Positions 29,683-33,912 of a stretch of DNA of 33,912 nt are shown piece by piece. Below the pieces are notes generated by a model. That model saw only the letters and a program-made list of their open reading frames with translations, ran no database searches and was not told where the DNA came from. The translations under genes and the position numbers were made by a program. The stretch spans positions 1 to 33,912 of the forward strand of contig JAGVJP010000106.1 in the NCBI GenBank assembly GCA_020051075.1, read 5' to 3'. This DNA is from Parachlamydiales bacterium (GTDB taxonomy: Bacteria > Chlamydiota > Chlamydiia > Chlamydiales > Parachlamydiaceae). The first letter of the stretch is position 1, and every line of letters starts with the position of its first letter.

Positions 29683-30897
29683 ATGAAAAAACAACTGATC
29701 CAGGTCATCAACATTGGAAGTTCATCATTAAAGATCTCTCTCTTTTGTATTTATAAGAAAAGAGTTGAGCGCATTTTGGACGCACATTGCAGAAATATCC
29801 ACGATTCCAATCCGCAAATCGAGATTGTTACCCAAGCAAAGAAAACCTGCATTAAACATCTTAAGGAAGGACAAATTGATAAAATTTTTCTACAGCTCAT
29901 GGAAGAAATCGAGAAGTTCATCGATTTTCATCTTTTTGCTATTATCGGAATAGGACATCGGTTCATTCATGGAGGCGATAAGTATACAACCAGTATGGTC
30001 ATCAACTCTTCTTCTCTTAAAGAGCTAGAAAAACTCAAAGATTTAGCCCCTCTTCACAACCCTGATTGTCTTAAACTCATCAAAGCAAGCCAAAAGTATT
30101 TCCATTCTAAAATGCTACAAATTGCCGTATTCGATACTGCCTTTCACAGCACTCTTCCTTCCTATGCATCACAATATGCGATTCCTCACTCCCTAGCTTC
30201 CAAGTATCACATCAAACGTTATGGGTTCCATGGCATTTCACATGCTTATCTCACCGATAAATATTTTGAATACACAAAAAAGAAAAAAAGACCTTCCAAA
30301 CTTATTACCTTACATCTTGGGAATGGATGCTCTGCTACCGCTATCCTAGACGGCTTATCCATCGATACTTCTATGGGATTCAGTCCTGCAGAGGGACTCG
30401 TGATGGGCACGAGAGCTGGCGATATAGATTTTACCTTGATTGAATTCCTTTGTAAGCAACAGCATCAATCTGTACGCCAAATCACCCATATGCTCAATTT
30501 CGAATCTGGTTTAAAAGGGATTTCGGGAAAAACCTCAAATGTAAAGGAACTTCTTCAGAGCTATGAAAAAGACCCGAATTGCCGACTTGCCATAGATATG
30601 TTTTGCTATCGAATCATCAAATATATAGGGTCCTTCACTACTATCCTCAATGGTGTAAATGCGATTATTTTCAGTGGGGGCATTGGAGAAAACTCTCCTC
30701 TCATAAGGCAGATGATTTGTTCAAAACTCAAATGGTTAGGATTAAAAATCTCAGTCAAAAGAAACAACTCCATTGTAAATTCTAGTCCTGGCAGCGTTCA
30801 AAAAATCAACACTCCCTCTTCTTCTGTCGAACTGTACGTCATTTCAACAGATGAAAATCTTTTTATTGCACAAGAAGTGCTAAAAAATCTCAATTAA
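29683..30897 (+). CDS. ackA: Acetate kinase
   Basis: N.GSSSLK, GHR..HGG, LAPLHN, VFDTAFH, YGFHG.SH, HLGNG.S, MGTR.GD, F.GGIGEN, TDE; abuts xfp. Confidence 0.94.
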   Translation: MKKQLIQVINIGSSSLKISLFCIYKKRVERILDAHCRNIHDSNPQIEIVTQAKKTCIKHLKEGQIDKIFLQLMEEIEKFIDFHLFAIIGIGHRFIHGGDKYTTSMVINSSSLKELEKLKDLAPLHNPDCLKLIKASQKYFHSKMLQIAVFDTAFHSTLPSYASQYAIPHSLASKYHIKRYGFHGISHAYLTDKYFEYTKKKKRPSKLITLHLGNGCSATAILDGLSIDTSMGFSPAEGLVMGTRAGDIDFTLIEFLCKQQHQSVRQITHMLNFESGLKGISGKTSNVKELLQSYEKDPNCRLAIDMFCYRIIKYIGSFTTILNGVNAIIFSGGIGENSPLIRQMICSKLKWLGLKISVKRNNSIVNSSPGSVQKINTPSSSVELYVISTDENLFIAQEVLKNLN

Positions 30898-30980
30898 GAG
30901 CTAAATCCTTTAGCTTGCAATTTTTAATTTGGACAATTAATACGAAGGTTAGGGGAATCATTTTGTGGGACGGGTAACTA

Positions 30981-32360
30981 TTGTTTAATTTTCTGCAGCC
31001 AGCTCCTATTGTAGAAGAAATCCAAGATCCTGTACTTGTTAAAAAAAAGTACAAGTACTGGCGATTGCGTACATTTTATGGGATGTATATCGGGTATGCC
31101 TTCTATTACTTTTCCCGCAAAAGCTTCACTTTTGCCATCCCTTCGATGCTCGAGGAAGGGTTTAGCCTCTCGGAACTTGGGATGTTGGGAACCATTCTTT
31201 CCATTACATATGGTGTTAGCAAATTTGTCAGTGGAGTTATGGGGGATAAATCAAATCCCCGTTATTTTATGTCCTTCGGATTGATTTTAACCGGTATTTT
31301 CAATATCGGTTTTGGCTTCACAACAGCTTGGGTCATGCTTGCTGTCCTTTGGGCATTGAATGCCTGGTTTCAAGGGTGGGGCTGGCCCGGCTGCGCAAAA
31401 TTGCTCACTCATTGGTATTCCCAATCTGAGAGAGGGAGATGGTGGAGTGTATGGAATACATCGCATAATTTGGGTGGAGCCCTCATCCCACTCGTCATCG
31501 CTTTTTGCGCTCATCATTATGGCTGGCGTTGCGCTATGTTTGTACCGGGCATCCTCTGTATTATAGCTGGTTTATTCTTGATGAACCGCCTTCGAGATGT
31601 GCCTCAATCGCTTGGATTACCTCCAGTTGAAAAATTCAAAAATGAAGAACAGCCATCGACATCCGGGAAAAATAAAAAGCTTACTTTATCAACGAAGGAA
31701 ATTCTTTTTGACCATGTGCTGTGTAATAAGTACATCTGGGTCATGGCCTTTGCTTACTTTTTCATTTACATCATTCGCATTGGTTTCAATGACTGGAGCA
31801 TGGTCTATTTCGTCAATAAGGGCTACTCTAAAATAAAAGCAGCAAGCTTTGTCTTTTGGTTTGAAATCGGTGGTTTTTTAGGCAGCCTTTTTGCTGGATG
31901 GTGCTCAGACAAAATTTTTAGCGGTAAACGCAACCCAGTCAACATTCTCTTCACCGTTGGAGCCATTGGCGCGCTCCTTGCCATGCATTGGAATGGAGTT
32001 GGCTGGTTATTTTTGGATACTATTATCATCTTTTTAATCGGCTTTTTCATCTTTGGCCCGCAGATGTTGATCGGTATGGTTGCAGCGGAACTTCCTGATA
32101 AAAAAGCTGCAGCGACTGCCAGCGGCTTTGCGGGTTGCTTTGCTTATCTTGGCGCAGCTGTAGCTGGAGGCCCCCTCGGTGCTCTTACGGATCTTTGGGG
32201 CTGGAATGGCTTTTTTGTTGTCTTGATTAGTTGCGGGTTAGTTTCTCTTGCATTAATGATTCCACTTTGGTCAATAACGACAAGGGCCAAACCTGCTGTT
32301 CAACAAATATCTCCTTCGACAGAGATCAACCAAAAAATGACAGTCGAAGAAGCTGAGTGA
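30981..32360 (+). CDS. uhpC: MFS hexose-phosphate transporter, chlamydial UhpC-like
   Basis: I.DP..VKK.YKYWR.R.FY, RKSFTFA.P, SNPRYFM, NAWFQG.GWP, ERG.WW..W..SHN.GGA, FGPQMLIG; TTG start. Confidence 0.93.
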   Translation: MFNFLQPAPIVEEIQDPVLVKKKYKYWRLRTFYGMYIGYAFYYFSRKSFTFAIPSMLEEGFSLSELGMLGTILSITYGVSKFVSGVMGDKSNPRYFMSFGLILTGIFNIGFGFTTAWVMLAVLWALNAWFQGWGWPGCAKLLTHWYSQSERGRWWSVWNTSHNLGGALIPLVIAFCAHHYGWRCAMFVPGILCIIAGLFLMNRLRDVPQSLGLPPVEKFKNEEQPSTSGKNKKLTLSTKEILFDHVLCNKYIWVMAFAYFFIYIIRIGFNDWSMVYFVNKGYSKIKAASFVFWFEIGGFLGSLFAGWCSDKIFSGKRNPVNILFTVGAIGALLAMHWNGVGWLFLDTIIIFLIGFFIFGPQMLIGMVAAELPDKKAAATASGFAGCFAYLGAAVAGGPLGALTDLWGWNGFFVVLISCGLVSLALMIPLWSITTRAKPAVQQISPSTEINQKMTVEEAE

Positions 32361-32370
32361 CTTTGTCGGC

Positions 32371-32613
32371 TTATTTACTGTCTTCTTCGGGGTATACTTC
32401 AGGGATATAATGGGCGAAGTTTTTTGCCTCTTTATCGCAGATAAAGACAGAGGTGACTGCCGATGAACTTCCTGTCTCTACCTTGTCATTCTCGTAGCAT
32501 GCTCCTCTCCATGCATTTTCTATGGCAATTTCTTCAGTAGGAGCCTCAACTTCTACCATGAAATATTGCGTGAAGGAGAGCCCTACGCGCCATTTTGGAA
32601 ATTTTTTATTCAC
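32371..32613 (-). CDS. Small hypothetical protein, phage/mobile-element type
   Basis: V......Y..VEVEA.TEE.A pattern typical of small mobile-element proteins; co-oriented with the phage-like genes upstream. Confidence 0.55.
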   Translation of the reverse strand: MNKKFPKWRVGLSFTQYFMVEVEAPTEEIAIENAWRGACYENDKVETGSSSAVTSVFICDKEAKNFAHYIPEVYPEEDSK

Positions 32614-32632
32614 GAATCACATCCCTGTTGCC

Positions 32633-33337
32633 TTATGTTACACTGATATTTCCCTGCGAAATTCCCGTACAAGTCCAATCGGTGTTGGCCGCTGTGCAGA
32701 GGAGCTGAATCGCATCATATTGATTGGTCGAATCTAAAGAACCACCAATGCCTGTGGTCGTATCTTGATTGCCAAAGTGGATGGTCTGGCCTACATTTTG
32801 GGCGATTTGCCATCCACCTACGCCCTTTCCAACGATCCAAACGAGATCACCGACCGATGAAGTAGCGGGGAGAGTAGCGATAACGAGGGCAGGGTTATTG
32901 AGGATGTACCCGTTGTTGACTGCCATGGTCAGGGCAGTGCCTGTCATCTCGGTGAAAGAAAAGAAAGAAGCTTGCGGGGTCCACTTAACCCCCTCTGGAG
33001 TCGTGGAATCGGTAGTAAGCACCTGGTTGTCTGGTCCGGCTGGCAATCGTGTATTGGCAGTAACCGTTCTGATCAGAAGATCTCCTTTAGTAGTAAGAGG
33101 GGAGATATTCCCAAAAGCGATCACAGCATTGGCTACATCAGAAAGATTGTTAGCGACTGCGAGCAAATCAGTGACCTTCTTTCCTGAATCTTGGATGACC
33201 TTTCCTGTATTATCGGCATAAGTTGCAATATCATCCTGAACAGAAGAATTGGGGCCGATGACATTGCCCGTGCCACCGCCGCCAGTCCCCGATTTATCCA
33301 GGTTGTTCGTGAATGGGTTATATCCGTAAATACTCAT
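32633..33337 (-). CDS. Phage virion protein, short tail-fibre-like
   Basis: G/T/N-rich. Modules YNPFT.NLD, G.V.GP.SS..D.IA.....TGK.IQ.S, LAVANNLSDV, LTTKGDL....TRLP.G...QVLT.DS, then a C-terminal NNGYI.N......TLP....VGD...I.G.G.GGW.IAQN domain. Confidence 0.7.
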   Translation of the reverse strand: MSIYGYNPFTNNLDKSGTGGGGTGNVIGPNSSVQDDIATYADNTGKVIQDSGKKVTDLLAVANNLSDVANAVIAFGNISPLTTKGDLLIRTVTANTRLPAGPDNQVLTTDSTTPEGVKWTPQASFFSFTEMTGTALTMAVNNGYILNNPALVIATLPATSSVGDLVWIVGKGVGGWQIAQNVGQTIHFGNQDTTTGIGGSLDSTNQYDAIQLLCTAANTDWTCTGISQGNISVT

Positions 33338-33345
33338 GATTTCCC

Positions 33346-33621
33346 CTATGAAAAATAAGTCGCGCGGTTGGTCCAGCTATAAATGAAGCCAGCTCCCGCA
33401 TCGGGTATCTGGACTCGATTGATAAAGTTATTGCTGTCGTAACTAAGTTTGCGGATAAACCACGTTGAATTATCGACGTTTTCATTCGGAATGGCGGAAA
33501 ACCCTACATAAAGCGGCCTTCCTGCGCTGTCATTATCGAGCCTCTGCTCATAGAAATCGTTTGTTCCTAGAGTAGAAGCTAGATTATTGATCTGGTCAAA
33601 AACGTTGGTTGGAATAGGCAT
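33346..33621 (-). CDS. Small phage structural-type hypothetical protein
   Basis: YVG.......STW.IRK..Y......W.NRATY pattern seen in tailed-phage virion gene clusters; AAGGAG RBS. Confidence 0.7.
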   Translation of the reverse strand: MPIPTNVFDQINNLASTLGTNDFYEQRLDNDSAGRPLYVGFSAIPNENVDNSTWFIRKLSYDSNNFINRVQIPDAGAGFIYSWTNRATYFS

Positions 33622-33912
33622 GAATCACTCCTTTGACCAAAGTCTAAGGCTATTTGACGCCTGTCCAACAGAGAGGGGGGTTCAAACCAAATTACTGGTC
33701 TTCTCGATATTGCGACCTGGTGGTACAGCTATCGCTTTTTCGGGCAGCACCATCCTCCTCTTCTTCTTGATGAGATGGAGGAGGCAGGGCGAGAGCCTGA
33801 ACAAATTCAGGTATCGCAATCCCTTCGAGTGATTCCTCGTGTCTAACATTCGGCATGGCACGGCCTTGCGCAATGGTTGCATTTTTAAAATATGATGTTA
33901 GCTTGATCTAGA

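Noticed and set aside
504..33221. Numerous 60-171 aa ORF-track entries antisense or out of frame to the large genes (e.g. 504-761, 5775-6272, 19434-19808, 26137-26652, 32769-33221)
   Set aside because: They lie within well-supported CDSs and show no recognisable motifs or RBS; treated as shadow ORFs.
33587..33912. ORFs 33682-33882 (-), 33587-33832 (+) and an alternative 54-aa minus-strand frame (MPNVRHEESLEG...)
   Set aside because: Three competing short frames with no motif or clear RBS at the window edge; I cannot choose among them.
1..33912. CRISPR array, tRNA/rRNA, IS transposase, restriction partner for the methyltransferase
   Set aside because: No regularly spaced repeats, RNA gene signatures or DDE transposase were seen. 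The methyltransferase is of the orphan phage type that typically lies beside terminase genes.

Overview
Mosaic accessory region, most likely from an environmental member of the Chlamydiota (plasmid or integrated element). The host call rests on a tyrosine integrase closely resembling chlamydial plasmid pGP8-D and a UhpC resembling the chlamydial hexose-phosphate transporter. Left part (1-8268): the 5' end of a DUF1016/YhcG gene (not in the ORF track), the integrase, a ribbon-helix-helix protein, a Zn/Cd-type P1B ATPase, and a tailed-phage packaging block (DUF1064, ParB-N DNA methyltransferase, small and large terminase) plus a small phage head-region gene. Middle part (8.5-32.4 kb) is cargo: a TolC / two-domain multicopper oxidase / DUF2231 / ferric reductase operon; a ten-gene minus-strand operon (P2A ATPase, glgP, cusC/B/A-like, two paralogous exported proteins, DUF2933, copA and a signal-peptide metallothionein-like gene); and xfp-ackA-uhpC. 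Right end: phage virion-like genes. The most unusual signals are a 21-bp near-palindrome present both inside the DUF1016 coding sequence and, inverted, in a non-coding region 7.9 kb away, an apparently exported 15-Cys metallothionein, and a copper-efflux operon translationally coupled to glycogen phosphorylase. No rRNA, tRNA, CRISPR array or IS element was recognised. All family assignments come from motif recognition, not database searches.
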